Below are positions 9,375-21,595 of a stretch of 64,000 nt of DNA, one piece after another; position 1 is the stretch's first letter, and each line of letters begins with the position of its first letter. A program made the translations under genes and the position numbers. The notes beneath the pieces are model-generated. The model made no database searches and was not told the DNA's origin. It was given only the letters and a program-made list of their open reading frames with translations. The stretch comes from an uncultured Clostridia bacterium (GTDB taxonomy: Bacteria > Bacillota > Clostridia > TANB77 > CAG-508), in NCBI GenBank assembly GCA_947627595.1, contig CANQWQ010000006.1, positions 5,189-69,188 on the forward strand, written 5' to 3'.

Positions 9375-12300
9375 ATGAAATTAAAGCGACTTGAGATGTA
9401 TGGGTTTAAGTCATTTGCTGATAAAACTGTTCTTGAATTTAAAGATGGAATTACAGGTGTTGTTGGCCCAAATGGTTCTGGAAAAAGTAATATTTCAGAT
9501 TGCATTCGTTGGATCTTAGGAGAACAGAGCTTAAAGGCTTTAAGAGGAACAAAAACAGAAGATATTATTTTTTCTGGTACTCAAAATAGACACCCATTAG
9601 GTTTTGCTGAAGCATCACTTGTTTTTGATAATTCAGATGGAAAATTACCAATTGAATATAATGAAGTTACTGTTAGTAGAAGACTATATAGAAGTGGTGA
9701 ATCTGGCTATTTCATTAATAAAGCTCCTTGCAGACTAAAAGATGTTCAAGAATTATTTATGGATACCGGAATTGGAAAAGACGGATATTCAATAATTGGT
9801 CAACGGAAAAGTTGATGAGATTTTAAGCAATAAATCAGAAGATAGACGTCACATTTTTGAAGAAGCTGCTGGAATTGTTAAATATAGAGTTAGAAAAAAC
9901 GAATCAGAGAAAAAACTAGAGCAAACTAAGTTAAACTTACTTAGAATAAATGATATTATATCTGAGATTGAAGTAAATATTGATTCACTTAAAACTCAAT
10001 CTGAAAAAGCTAAAAAGTTTTTATCATTAAGAGATGAGCTTAAAAACATTGAAATCAGCTTGTTTTTATATAATATAGATGATTATAAAGAAAAAATCGA
10101 AGAAATAAAAAAAGATATTGAAATAATAGAAACTCAAAAAGTTAAAGAAGACGAAAAATTAAATGATCTTGGAACTCAAAGAGATGACTTGAAAAAATCT
10201 CTAGAAGAGTTACTTGAACTAATTGAAAAGACTCAAAATTTAGGCTTCGAATTAGAAAAGAAAAAAGAACAGATTAATGGGCAAATTACAGTTAATCAAG
10301 AAAGAATATCTAATAATGAAGAAAACTACAAGAGATTTGAAACAGAAATAGAAAGTTTAAAAGAGAAAAATAAGACTTTAGAAGAAGATAAAGAAAAGAA
10401 ATTAAGTAAAAAAGAAGACTTGAGTGTAAATAAAGAAAAATATGAAACAGAGCTTGCTAATAAAACTAAGGAATATGAAGAATTTTCTAAAACGCTTTCT
10501 GCTAAAGCCTTAGAGATTGAAGAGAAAAAAGATAAAGTTCAAAAGAACATTGACAGAAAATATGAATTAATTGCGATTTCAAATACAGAGTTTGCAAATT
10601 ATGAAAATTTAGTTAAAAGAGAAAAAAGTTTAAATCAAGAATTAGATTCTACAATTAGAGAGTTAGATTCTACTAGAGCTCAAAAGAGTGAAGTTGACAG
10701 TGTTTTCTTTGATATTCAAACTAAGAGAAATAATTTGCAAAAAGAATTAGATGAAATTAAAGAAAAAAATTCTGAGGAAAATAAAGTAATTGAAGAATTT
10801 AATACTAAAATAAATTCTTTAGAAAATGAATATAGAATTAAAGAATCAAGATTAAAATTTTTAATTGAAACTGAAAAAGAAAAAGAAGGCTATAACAAAA
10901 GTGTTAAAGACATTTTGAATTTGACCGAAAAAAACCCTAAATATAAAAAGGGAATGCATGGAGTTTTAGCAAATCTTCTAACAGTTCCTAAAGAATATGA
11001 AACAGCTATTGAAATGGCTTTAGGTGCTGCTATTCAAAACATAGTTACAGACACAGAAGAAGAGGCTAAAGAACTTGTTGAATATTTAAGAGAAAACAAA
11101 TTAGGCCGTGCTTCATTTTTACCTATCAGCTCTATGAAAGGCCAAAGAATTACTAAAATTAATTCTACTGGAATAAAAGGTGTTTTAGGAATAGCATCAG
11201 ATTTAATTAAATATAATTCTAAATATGAGCAAATTGTTTTGAATTTGCTTGGAAAAACAGTAATAGTTGAAGATATGAATTCAGCGATAGCTCTTTCTAG
11301 AAAAAATTCAAATTCATTTAAAATAGTTACTTTAAAAGGAGATATAATAAATCCTTCAGGATCAATTACTGGTGGATATGTTACTCCAAAAACAGTTAAT
11401 TTATTAGGAAGAAGCTCAGAAATTAAAACACTTGAAAAAGAGTTAAAAGAAATTAATTCTAAAATAGAAAAAGTTAAACTTGAAAAGAAAGAATATGAAG
11501 AAAAAATCTCAGAGAGCTTATCAAAACTAGAATCAAAGCAAGATGAATTTAATACACTTCAAATTACTTTTGCTACAGAAGAACAAAAAATCAATAATTT
11601 TAATTTAGAAATTTTGAAATTAGACAGTAAAAAAGATAAATTAAAAGCTGATATTGATCAAAATAAACAAGAACAAGAAAAGAGCAAATCACTTCAAGAA
11701 GCTCAATCAAAAGAGATGTCTGATTTAGAGAGTGAGAACTCTGAGCTTAATATTCAAATTGAAAATTATGCTAAGAAAAATCAAGATGACCAAAAATATA
11801 TTGATGATTTAAAATTTGATATTACAAATCTTCAAGTCTCTGTTTCTTCTTTTGATGAAAGTGATGAATCTATTGATGAATTTGTCAATAAACTAAATGA
11901 AGATATTGAGGAAAATAATAAACAGATTCAGAATAAAATAGAATTAAGAGAGAATATTTTAGTTCAAAATGAAGAATTAAAGAAAAGTATTGTTGATTTA
12001 CAAGAAGAAATTAAGAAACAAGAAGAGGATGCTAAAAATTCTTCAGGAAAAGTTCTAGAATTAAAAGAAGAAAGAACAAATAAAAATAATAAATTGACTG
12101 AAATTGAAAATGAAATCACTGAAAAACAAGCTATAATTGAAGACATTAAAAATCAAATTTCAAAACAAGAAGTTAAAATTTCAAAATTTGAGCTTGAACT
12201 TGAACAAGTTATCAATAAAATGTGGGAAGAATATGAGCTTACTCCAAATAATGTTAAAGATGTTGAAAAGACAACAAGTCCAACTAAAGTTCAAAAACAA

Positions 12301-12924
12301 GTAAATGAGCTTAGAAATGAGATTAAAGATCTTGGAAGTGTTAATATTGACAGTATAAAAGAATATCAAGAAGTTAAAGAAAGATATGATTTCCTTTCAA
12401 ATCAGCGTGAAGATTTAGAAAACACGATTTCTAAGTTAAAGAAATTGATAAATGAAATTGTTGATACAATGAAAGATCAATTTAATCAGAGATTTAAAGA
12501 AATAAATAAGAATTTCAAAGAATCATTTAGTGAACTATTTGGTGGAGGAAAAGCAGAACTAAAACTAGAAGATGATTCAAATGTTTTAGAGTGCGGAATT
12601 GAAATTGAAGTTCAACCACCTGGAAAGAAATTACAATCTATGTCACTTCTATCAGGCGGTGAAAGGGCGTTTACAGCGATTGCTTTATTGTTTGCAATAT
12701 TAAGAATAAATCCTGCACCATTCTGCGTTCTAGACGAAATCGAAGCAGCTTTAGATGATGTTAACGTATCAAGATTTGCTGAATATTTGAAAAAGTTCAA
12801 TGACAACACTCAATTCCTTGTAATTACTCATAGAAAAGGAACTATGGAAGCTGCAAATACAATGTATGGAATAACTATGGAAGAAAAAGGAATTAGTAAA
12901 TTACTATCAATGAATATGAAATAA
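9375..12924 (+). CDS. smc: chromosome segregation protein SMC, joined by +1 shift at CGG 9804-9806 (1182 aa)
   Basis: Walker A GPNGSGKSN in first ORF; hinge, LSGGE and LDEIEAALD in second; skipping C9804 restores YSIIGQGKVDEIL. Confidence 0.95.
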
Positions 12925-13095
12925 AAATATAGTAAAAAATGGAAAAGAGAGCATATATTGCTCTCTTTTGCAAGTTTAAAAAACAGAGAAAAAGAAAGAA
13001 AAAAGAAGAAATAAAGAGCTTTGGTAAAAATTCCCACATATTTTAAATTATAAAAATTGCTAAAATAGGAAAATATATGAATAAGGCAAAAAAAG

Positions 13096-14229
13096 TTGTT
13101 TGCCATATCAAAAAATAAAGAGTATAATAATGCCTATGTGACAATCTTAAGACGTAAAGGAGTGAATTTTATTTTAGAAGGACTGAGAAAACACACAAAA
13201 GATATAGACTTCAAACCTTTAGGAATAACATTATTAAGTATATTATTTTTGGGAACAGTTACTTTTATAAAGTATAAGCCAGTATACACTGTCACTGTAT
13301 CTGGAGAGGCTTTAGGATATGTTAACAGTAAAGAAGAATTAAATAAGAATTTAAATGATTATATAAATCATAGAGAAGGCACAATTGCTTCTATAGAGAT
13401 AGCAAATATGCCAGAATACAAATTAGAGCTAGTTGGTAGAAAGCAAGCTACTCAAGAAAAAAGAATTCTAGAAAAAATAGAAGATTCATCAGTAATAACA
13501 TATAAAACTTATGCTATCACTGTAAATGGAGAAAAAGTTAACGAAGTAAACACTCAGATTGAAGCAGAATCAATTGTTTCAAATCTTCAATCTGATTTAA
13601 AAGAAGGTGTTGAATTTAACTTAGGTATTGCAGAAGTTCTAAGTACAGAACAAAATGGAATATCTCAAGATTCAGCGTTTGAAGTTTTAAATGGAATGAA
13701 GTTAGCTAAAACACAAGAATATGAAGCAGAACAAGCTAGACTTGAGCAAGAAAGAATTGCTAGAGAAAGAGCTGCTCGTCTAGAACAATCAAGAAGAGCT
13801 GCAATTGCTGCAGCACAAGTTGGTTCTTATGGTTCAGGTAATATTGGCGGAATGAACCTAAGTTACCCACTTAGAACTTCACCACTTATTACATCAAGAT
13901 TTGGTGAATATGGTTCTAGAAGATATATGCACACAGGCTTAGATTTAGCTACACAAATGGGAACAGCTATATACCCAATAGCTTCAGGAACAGTTATTTT
14001 TGCTGGATGGGATGGAAGTTATGGAAATAAAGTTGTTGTAGATCACGGAAATGGAGTTCAAAGTTGGTATGCTCACTGCAACTCAATTAATGTTGGAGTT
14101 GGAACAGAAGTTACTACAGATACATGCATTGCTGCAGTAGGTTCAACTGGAAATTCTACAGGACCACATTTACACTTAGAAATAAGAATAAATGGATCTG
14201 CTGTTAATCCACAAAATTATTTATATTAA
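13096..14229 (+). CDS. M23 family peptidase with N-terminal TM (start uncertain)
   Basis: HTGLD, YAH and STGPHLH motifs. Confidence 0.9.
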   Translation: MFAISKNKEYNNAYVTILRRKGVNFILEGLRKHTKDIDFKPLGITLLSILFLGTVTFIKYKPVYTVTVSGEALGYVNSKEELNKNLNDYINHREGTIASIEIANMPEYKLELVGRKQATQEKRILEKIEDSSVITYKTYAITVNGEKVNEVNTQIEAESIVSNLQSDLKEGVEFNLGIAEVLSTEQNGISQDSAFEVLNGMKLAKTQEYEAEQARLEQERIARERAARLEQSRRAAIAAAQVGSYGSGNIGGMNLSYPLRTSPLITSRFGEYGSRRYMHTGLDLATQMGTAIYPIASGTVIFAGWDGSYGNKVVVDHGNGVQSWYAHCNSINVGVGTEVTTDTCIAAVGSTGNSTGPHLHLEIRINGSAVNPQNYLY

Positions 14230-14332
14230 AATCAATTAAAATCAGCTTTTTAAAAGCTGATTTTTTTTGACTATATTGTAAAAATATGTTATAATTACTA
14301 AGTATAGTGCGTAAAAGGAGGTATGAGTAAAA

Positions 14333-15334
14333 ATGAAAAAACCAAATAAAGAAGCATATGGCGAAAGTACAATTCAATTAGTAGAAGTTGAAATGACAGA
14401 TAATCCTTTAACAGAGATAGATGTTGATGGTACTAAAGTTTTACTTCATGTTTTAAATGCAAAAAAATTTGATCCAAATTGTCATTGCTATGCTCTAATT
14501 GAAACTCTAAAATTGCAATATGTTACAATGGTTGATTTAATTTACTCATATGGAAAATTAGATACGGATGTTCTTAATGATAAGTCTCAACTTAAAGCTT
14601 TTTTCGAAAGCATTACTAGATATAATATAAATTGTTCAACTGGACGATTTCCAGGAATTATACATCAACCTAAAGATCCTACTTTAGCAAACTATTTTAA
14701 ACTTACATTATTTGATGCTTTACAAGAAGCTAATAATAATAATTTTTTAATAAAATATGGTGTTGAAAGAAAAAGAAAGAAAAAAGTAAAACCTAGCGCA
14801 GATGAGATTAAAGATGATGGACTTCTTGTAGAACTTATGAAAACATTTTATGAAAGTATAACACTTTCTAAAGTTAAAAGACCTACTGATTCAGTTGAAA
14901 AAACTGTTTCTAAGACTATAAAGAAGAAAGCATTACTCTTAAAATGTGGTACAATTATTACAGCAGGAGGAGTCGAGAACGGAAAATATTTTGCCACATT
15001 TAGAACAGGTTATAAGAGAAAAGAGAATGACGTTGAAAGTATACCATCGTACTTGGATGGTGTTTATTCACTTCATATTGCTGGAGTTGATGATGAAAAA
15101 TTTGTTTCAGATCCAGATTACAGAAAGAAATTTGGTGAAGTATTTTTACAAGCAGATATTTTAGAAACATTATTTGCTGCTAATGGCTCACAACACCCAA
15201 GATTTTTATATGCCGGAGAATATAATGAAGATGATGAAAGAATGGAACTTGGTGAAGATGTTGGACAAGCTATTAAAAAACTAAATGATGCGATGTTTCC
15301 TAAGAATAAAGAAAAATCTGGAGAAGGAAGATAA
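14333..15334 (+). CDS. hypothetical protein (C-term GEGR)
   Basis: Long ORF with AGGAGG RBS and TTGACT..TATAAT promoter. Confidence 0.75.
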   Translation: MKKPNKEAYGESTIQLVEVEMTDNPLTEIDVDGTKVLLHVLNAKKFDPNCHCYALIETLKLQYVTMVDLIYSYGKLDTDVLNDKSQLKAFFESITRYNINCSTGRFPGIIHQPKDPTLANYFKLTLFDALQEANNNNFLIKYGVERKRKKKVKPSADEIKDDGLLVELMKTFYESITLSKVKRPTDSVEKTVSKTIKKKALLLKCGTIITAGGVENGKYFATFRTGYKRKENDVESIPSYLDGVYSLHIAGVDDEKFVSDPDYRKKFGEVFLQADILETLFAANGSQHPRFLYAGEYNEDDERMELGEDVGQAIKKLNDAMFPKNKEKSGEGR

Positions 15335-15351
15335 TAAAAAGGAAGGTTTAA

Positions 15352-17715
15352 ATGTCAAGAAAAAAGGAAGTTATAACAGTTGAAACTAATGATGAAAAAC
15401 TTGTAGAAAGATTTTATCAAAAAATATTTTTTGAAGGTGTTAGAAAAGACACATTATCTGTTAGTGGCGAATTCTTATATGTCGAAACTGAAGATAAAAT
15501 CTATAGAATGAGAGCTATGACTTTTGGTTACATATTTGACCCAAGTTTCGAACATATCTATACTCAAGATTTACCTAAAACTTTAGAACTTGATGAACTT
15601 GGACCATCTAGCATAGCTTATCTATATGATTGGACAAATCCAGCTTTCGAAGAAATGGGAGTTCCTTATACTAGCAAGTTTATAAGTAATTTTAAAAATC
15701 AAGTTAAGCAAAGTTATAGCTATTATTTGAAAATTAGAGAAATAAGTTTTACTACAATTAATGCTTTAGATGTAAAATCAAGAAAAAAATATGTAGACAG
15801 ATTTATTGAACTTGGAATTTTTACTGAAAAAGATAAGGTTAGACTTGAATATTATATAGATGAGCCTATTTCAAAAATCGAAGAGCTTATAAATAGCGGA
15901 ACAATTGATAAAGAAGATGTTCCACAAATTGTCAGTCGTATTTTTAGCTATGAGAGAGCTTACGACGAAGAAAGAAATGAAAAGAGAAAAAATAAAAGAA
16001 AATATAATGCTAGAATTGTAGGAGCAATGAACTTGTTAGATGCTCCTGATATTGTCGACGTTTATTTAAGTGATGGATTAAATGAAGAAGAATTTTCTAG
16101 AACTAAAGTTAAAAAAGCTGATATTTTGGCAATTTCATATACGGCTTTATTGTCATTTTTAGAGGATAAAAATGACAAAGTACCAGAAAGCTTAAGAATT
16201 ACTTCACAAGATTTGATTAATGCTTATGGAAGAACTTTAACAGGTTCTACAATTTATAAATTAGCTATGTATGGCTATATAGAGCCAGAAGATGTAATTC
16301 AAGCTTATGAAATAAATAAAGCTTTAAAAATGGTTGATTATGAATCAATGTTTGAAGATGAAGAAATAGCTGCATTCTATACACCACAACGTTTATATGA
16401 GATGAGATATGCTGATAAACTAACTCCAGAGTTTATTGAAAAATATAGAGAGATGCTAAATCTTGATGAAGATAAAGAGAGATTTAGCCGTTATTCTCAA
16501 GAATTAGTTAATGGCTTAAGAAAAACTGTGCAAAGTGAAGACAAAGAACTTGAAAATAGAAGATTACAAGAAAATGTTTTATATTTCTTTGGAAAAGGCC
16601 TATGTGATGTAGAAACAACTAAAGGAGTCGTTACTACAGAATATATCGAAGATAGATTTTCTAATGATGAAATGTCAATAGAAGAAATATTTGAACTTTA
16701 TCAAAAAGGAATAGTTAGTGACGAGTTTATTTCTAAGTTTTATACTGACCAAGAAATCATTGATTTATATGAATCAGGAAAACTTAGAAGAGGTTGCTTA
16801 AGAGCAATAACTGATCGAGATTTGCTTATTGAAAGCTATGTTGAGAAAAAAGTAAATCTTCAAGATTTTGTTGAATTATATTTGAAATCAGATAATTTAT
16901 CAGTTGATGATTTAAGAGATGCTTTTGAGCTTTCTGAAGAAGATGTTGATATTTCAAATTTTGTTGATGAAACAACTCCTTTTGAGAAAGTTAAAGAATT
17001 GTTTAGAAATTTATTAATTGATTATTCAAAAGTTTTAACATTACACGCTCATGGAGCAATTTCAGATGAACAACTTATTGAAATAAGAAAAGCACTTAGT
17101 ACTAGAAAATTATTTGATGAAATAAATCAAAGAAAAGTATTTAAGGTTGTAACTGCTAGAAAAGCAGAAGGAACAAAACCGGTAATTGATCCAAAACCAA
17201 GACCAGTAGTAGAAGACGACTTTTCATTAGAAATTGAATTAATTTCAAAAATATTAGGACAAAAAGATGTTGAAGAAGAGCCATATTCAAAGATTTCAAG
17301 TTATAATACAAAAGGAAGAGCAACTTCATTAAATAATTATAGAATCTTTGGAAACGAAGATTTAGATGGAATAGTTATTCTTCAAAAATCAAAGAGGCAA
17401 AATGCAGTTTTTGTAATGAGTGCATATCAATTAATGTATTTCTTGAAAGGCAAAGAAAGCGAAACAGGCGAAATAGAAGTTCAAGATAGAATGAAAGATA
17501 AAGCTTATTTAAAAACTATTGTAGGTGTTGAAGTTGTTGAACATACAAGACATTTTGCTAGAAATTTAGCTGAAGCTGCAGGTAGAGTTTCTCCTAAAGT
17601 AGCTGAAGCTCTTAGAGGAGAAGAAACTAAATACAGAATAGATGTTCAAGATATGGTTGATGGCTTAAGAGAATTATATGATGAAGAAAAAGCAAAAGGT
17701 AGAGATGACAATTAG
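15352..17715 (+). CDS. large hypothetical helical-repeat protein
   Basis: 787-aa ORF with recurring LY.KG.(V/I/L)S-like segments; in operon with neighbours. Confidence 0.75.
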   Translation: MSRKKEVITVETNDEKLVERFYQKIFFEGVRKDTLSVSGEFLYVETEDKIYRMRAMTFGYIFDPSFEHIYTQDLPKTLELDELGPSSIAYLYDWTNPAFEEMGVPYTSKFISNFKNQVKQSYSYYLKIREISFTTINALDVKSRKKYVDRFIELGIFTEKDKVRLEYYIDEPISKIEELINSGTIDKEDVPQIVSRIFSYERAYDEERNEKRKNKRKYNARIVGAMNLLDAPDIVDVYLSDGLNEEEFSRTKVKKADILAISYTALLSFLEDKNDKVPESLRITSQDLINAYGRTLTGSTIYKLAMYGYIEPEDVIQAYEINKALKMVDYESMFEDEEIAAFYTPQRLYEMRYADKLTPEFIEKYREMLNLDEDKERFSRYSQELVNGLRKTVQSEDKELENRRLQENVLYFFGKGLCDVETTKGVVTTEYIEDRFSNDEMSIEEIFELYQKGIVSDEFISKFYTDQEIIDLYESGKLRRGCLRAITDRDLLIESYVEKKVNLQDFVELYLKSDNLSVDDLRDAFELSEEDVDISNFVDETTPFEKVKELFRNLLIDYSKVLTLHAHGAISDEQLIEIRKALSTRKLFDEINQRKVFKVVTARKAEGTKPVIDPKPRPVVEDDFSLEIELISKILGQKDVEEEPYSKISSYNTKGRATSLNNYRIFGNEDLDGIVILQKSKRQNAVFVMSAYQLMYFLKGKESETGEIEVQDRMKDKAYLKTIVGVEVVEHTRHFARNLAEAAGRVSPKVAEALRGEETKYRIDVQDMVDGLRELYDEEKAKGRDDN

Positions 17716-17738
17716 AAACTTTACATAGGAGGGAATAT

Positions 17739-18633
17739 ATGGAAGATTTGCAAACAAGACTAAATAAACTTACAAATACTACAAAATATACATTAAAACC
17801 AAACTTGATTAAAGAAATCTTAGAAGAATTCAAAAAAAGAATGTCTAATCAAGATACGTTTAAGCAAGCAATTGAAATAGATGAAAAACATCATCCAGTT
17901 CATGTAACGCAAGAAAATGTCATGAAAATCATTGATGAATTTATTAATATAGAAAAATTTAATGTAAAATATTCTCCAAAAACTATAGTTGATGGCTATG
18001 GAAACCTTGCTGTTAGCTATAATGGAGATCCATATGTAACCTTAAGATTGCTTTTAATGTCACTTAGAACACATAATAATATAGTATTTTTTTCAAAAAA
18101 ATATTATGCTATAAACACAAAAATTGTTGAAACACTTAATATGGTTTGCGAAAAGAAAGGATATGCTCGGAAGAATTGCTATGATTGAGTTTGATGTAAT
18201 TGATGCAGTTGTAGCAAACTTGCAAACATTTTTCAATAAAATGATTTTTGTAGGAGATAAAAGAGATTATGTTCAAATGAAAAAGAAATTTGTTATCCCT
18301 ACAATTTACTCAGGATATGGAAATATAGATGTTTTTATTGAGAGCAAAGATTTTAAAGATTTACTTTTAGATATTAGCGAATTTGCTAGAAATAATTATA
18401 TTAAAATAAATTATTATGATGATACTCAAATTGAAGATACACTTACATTTATAAATAGATTTGAACTTACAGATTGCTTTGTTTTACTTTCTAAGAACAC
18501 AGAGCTAATCTATAAATTTATTTCAGAGCTTAAAGCTAAAAATATATATGTAAATAAAAATCCTTTTGAAGATTACAAATTTTCAATTACAGAAAATGAT
18601 TTGATATATACTAAAAATATAGAAATGAGTTAA
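17739..18633 (+). CDS. degenerate ProA/aldehyde-dehydrogenase-fold protein, joined by +1 shift at CGG 18168-18170 (297 aa)
   Basis: GNLAVSYNGDPYVT..LRTHNNIV in first half and IPTIYSGYGNIDVFI..IYVN in second half both echo ProA; no catalytic Cys seen. Confidence 0.6.
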
Positions 18634-18660
18634 AATAGGCCCGTACATGTGTTACGGGCT

Positions 18661-19048
18661 TTAATTATATTTTGTTATTGAAATTAACATTATTACTAAA
18701 TTGATTAAATTAAAAATAAAGAAAAAGGTAGAAAGCCCGACAAGTGCTGAAAATATAATGCTTCCGAGGAGAAAACGTCATTGATAAATTAGCTAAATTA
18801 AATAATATATTTCCAATGATAGATATAATAAGGCTTAAGCAGTTTTGACATAATCTTTGATGTGTTATTCCATTGTCAGAAATTCCAAACAGTCCAAGTA
18901 GTAAAATTGAAAGTAGGGCAAAGGCTAGAGCGAAAATGAATATAGATATTATATTTGAGATTATTCCTGTATAAAAAATTAAAGCAAAAACAAACGATAT
19001 AATAAGGCTAATCGCAATACTAGTTAAATAATTACAATTTCTATCCAT
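18661..19048 (-). CDS. multi-TM membrane protein, joined by +1 shift at CGG 18766-18764 (128 aa)
   Basis: GGAGG RBS before ATG 19048; +1 frame gives a final hydrophobic helix GSIIFSALVGLSTFFFIFNLINLVIML ending at the terminator. Confidence 0.65.
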
Positions 19049-19141
19049 TATTACATACCTCCAAGTTAGATTAATATATTTTATGAAATAAAAAAATAAA
19101 ATGTGCCAAAACTGACACATTTTATTTTTATTATTTAATTA

Positions 19142-20089
19142 CTATTTATTTGTCATTTCTTCTAAATCAAGTAATTCTTGCCAACGTTTGTCAACTTCTT
19201 TTTGGAATTCTTCAATCATCCATTCATTTCCAGGTTTAAACATGTGTTTAAATCTCTTTTGAGGTTTTAAGAATTCTTCAACTGGAAGTTTGTTAGTTGG
19301 TTTATATGTGATGTGATAAACACCATCAACTACTTCATATAGTGGCCAATAACAAGTTTCAACAGCTAATTTGTTGATTTCCATTAAATCTGGAGTGTTG
19401 TAGCCCCAACCTCTAGGACATGGAGCTAAAACATTTAAGAAACATGGACCTTCAGTGTAAATAGCTTTTTCAGCTTTTTCATAAAGGTCTTTCATATTTC
19501 CAATTGCAGCTGTTTGACCAATATATGGTAAATTGTGACCAGCCATAATTTTAGCTAAATCTTTTCTAGATTGCATTTTTCCAGGAATAACTGATCCTGC
19601 TGGACTTGTAGTAGTATCAGCAAATCTTGGTGTTGCACTACTTCTTTGAATACCAGTGTTCATATATGCGCCATTATCATAGCAAACATATACCATGTCA
19701 TGTCCTCTTTCCATAGCACCTGAAAGACTTTGTAAACCTATATCATAAGTTCCACCGTCTCCACCGAATGCGATGAATTTAGTATCTTTATCTTGAGGTA
19801 ATTTTCCAGTTCTTTTCATTTCTTTGTATGCAGCTTCAACACCTGAAAGTGTAGCACCAGCACACTCGAAAGCTGTGTGAATATAAGAATCTGTCCAAGC
19901 TGTATATGGGTAAATGAAAGTAGAAACTTCCATACATCCTGTAGCATTAGCTATAACAGCATGATCTTCTGGTTTAACTGCTTTTAATATCATTCTAGCA
20001 ACTGCTGGAGCTCCACATCCTGCACACATTCTGTGACCTGATGTTAATCTAGCTGGTCTAGCAGCTACTTCTTTATGATTATATGCCAT
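19142..20089 (-). CDS. porB: pyruvate:ferredoxin oxidoreductase beta subunit
   Basis: CAGCG, ATGC, GGDGG..DIG TPP motif, YMNTG. Confidence 0.93.
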   Translation of the reverse strand: MAYNHKEVAARPARLTSGHRMCAGCGAPAVARMILKAVKPEDHAVIANATGCMEVSTFIYPYTAWTDSYIHTAFECAGATLSGVEAAYKEMKRTGKLPQDKDTKFIAFGGDGGTYDIGLQSLSGAMERGHDMVYVCYDNGAYMNTGIQRSSATPRFADTTTSPAGSVIPGKMQSRKDLAKIMAGHNLPYIGQTAAIGNMKDLYEKAEKAIYTEGPCFLNVLAPCPRGWGYNTPDLMEINKLAVETCYWPLYEVVDGVYHITYKPTNKLPVEEFLKPQKRFKHMFKPGNEWMIEEFQKEVDKRWQELLDLEEMTNK

Positions 20090-20090
20090 T

Positions 20091-21278
20091 TTATTTTCCC
20101 TCCCTTACACCTAAATATCTATAAGGATTTCCAATATTGCCAGTTTTGATTACTTCTTGTAAATCTTCATAAACTGTTCCAATATCGTCTGTAGTAGTGT
20201 CTCTACCACCAATTCCATAAACATAGTTTACTGTAGGAACATGAATATTTGAAGTATACATAGCGCTAACTACATCTTCAAATAATGCTCCACCGCAAGC
20301 ATTTAAAGAATCAGCTTTGTCTAAAACAGCGATTGCTTTAGCATTTTTCAAAGCTTCTGCGATTTCTTCAGCTGGGAATGGTCTAAATACTCTAACTTTG
20401 ATTAGACCAGCTTTAACTCCGTTTGCTCTTAATTCATCAACTTTGGCTTTAGCTGTACCTGCTGTAGAGTTCATACAAACTATAACAGCTTCAGCATCTT
20501 CCATTTTATATTCTTCGAAGAAACTATATTTTCTTCCAGTCATTTTTTCAAAATCTTTAGCAACATCTAAAATAACTTTTTTAGCATTTCTCATAGCATC
20601 TGCTTGTTGTTTTTTGTGTTCAAATAGATATGCTTGTAAATCTAAAGGTCCAATAGCGATTGGCTCTTTATCATTTAATAAATAATGTTCTGGTTTATAT
20701 TTTCCAACGAATTCTTTAACTTTCTCATCTTCGATTAATTCAATATTTTCAATTGAGTGTGATGTGATAAATCCATCTTGGCAAACCATAAGTGGAAGTA
20801 AAACATCTTTGTGTTCAGCAATTCTATGTGCCATAACTAAGTTATCATAAGCTTCTTGGTTATTTTCTGAGAATAACATAACCCAACCTGCGTCTCTAAC
20901 ACCCATAGCATCTGAATGGTCATTATGAATATTTAATGGTCCAGATACTGCTCTGTTAACTAATGACATAACGATTGGTAATCTTAAGCTTGATGCGATA
21001 TAAATCATTTCCCACATAAGTGATAAACCATTAGCAGATGTAGCTGTCATAGCTCTAGATCCGGCAGCTTCTGCACCGATACAAGCGCTCATTGCACTAT
21101 GTTCACTTTCAACAGCAACAAACTCTGTATCTACTTGACCGTTACTAACGAAAGTAGAAAAGTATTGTGGAATTTCTGTTGAAGGTGTGATAGGGAAGGC
21201 TGCTACAACATCTGGATTAATTTGTTTCATAGCTGTTGCTGCTGCTTCATTACCACTTAAACGTTCTCTAATACTCAT
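20091..21278 (-). CDS. porA: pyruvate:ferredoxin oxidoreductase alpha subunit
   Basis: FPITPST, ESEHSA and GGRD motifs. Confidence 0.93.
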   Translation of the reverse strand: MSIRERLSGNEAAATAMKQINPDVVAAFPITPSTEIPQYFSTFVSNGQVDTEFVAVESEHSAMSACIGAEAAGSRAMTATSANGLSLMWEMIYIASSLRLPIVMSLVNRAVSGPLNIHNDHSDAMGVRDAGWVMLFSENNQEAYDNLVMAHRIAEHKDVLLPLMVCQDGFITSHSIENIELIEDEKVKEFVGKYKPEHYLLNDKEPIAIGPLDLQAYLFEHKKQQADAMRNAKKVILDVAKDFEKMTGRKYSFFEEYKMEDAEAVIVCMNSTAGTAKAKVDELRANGVKAGLIKVRVFRPFPAEEIAEALKNAKAIAVLDKADSLNACGGALFEDVVSAMYTSNIHVPTVNYVYGIGGRDTTTDDIGTVYEDLQEVIKTGNIGNPYRYLGVREGK

Positions 21279-21291
21279 TTTTTAAACCTCC

Positions 21292-21576
21292 TTATTCCAT
21301 TACAATTGCTTTGAAAGGACAAACTTTGGCACAAACGCCACATCCTTTACAAGCATCAAAATCAAAGTCTTCTCTTTTTAGATCTTTGTTAACTGGAATT
21401 GCATTATCTGGACAAACATTAAAGCAAAGTCCACATTGTTTGCAAACATCTGGTAAATATTTAGGAGTTTCACTTCTCCAGTCACCTGTTTTGAAGTTTT
21501 TAGCATTTCCAGCAGTGTAGATGTTTCCACCAATTGTTAATTCATCAATAGGTGTATTATTGTTAATTTCTGCCAT
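21292..21576 (-). CDS. porD: pyruvate:ferredoxin oxidoreductase delta subunit
   Basis: TGDWR plus two CxxCxxCxxxCP motifs; start MAEINN after GGAG RBS. Confidence 0.92.
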   Translation of the reverse strand: MAEINNNTPIDELTIGGNIYTAGNAKNFKTGDWRSETPKYLPDVCKQCGLCFNVCPDNAIPVNKDLKREDFDFDACKGCGVCAKVCPFKAIVME

Positions 21577-21595
21577 TATAATTTCTCCTTTCCAA

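Noticed and set aside
9375..12924. smc, dusB and others as ordinary pseudogenes or homopolymer errors
   Set aside because: The extra base is a lone C outside homopolymers, always codon-phased before Gly and on the coding strand, with no other decay. Artifact is not fully excluded without reads.
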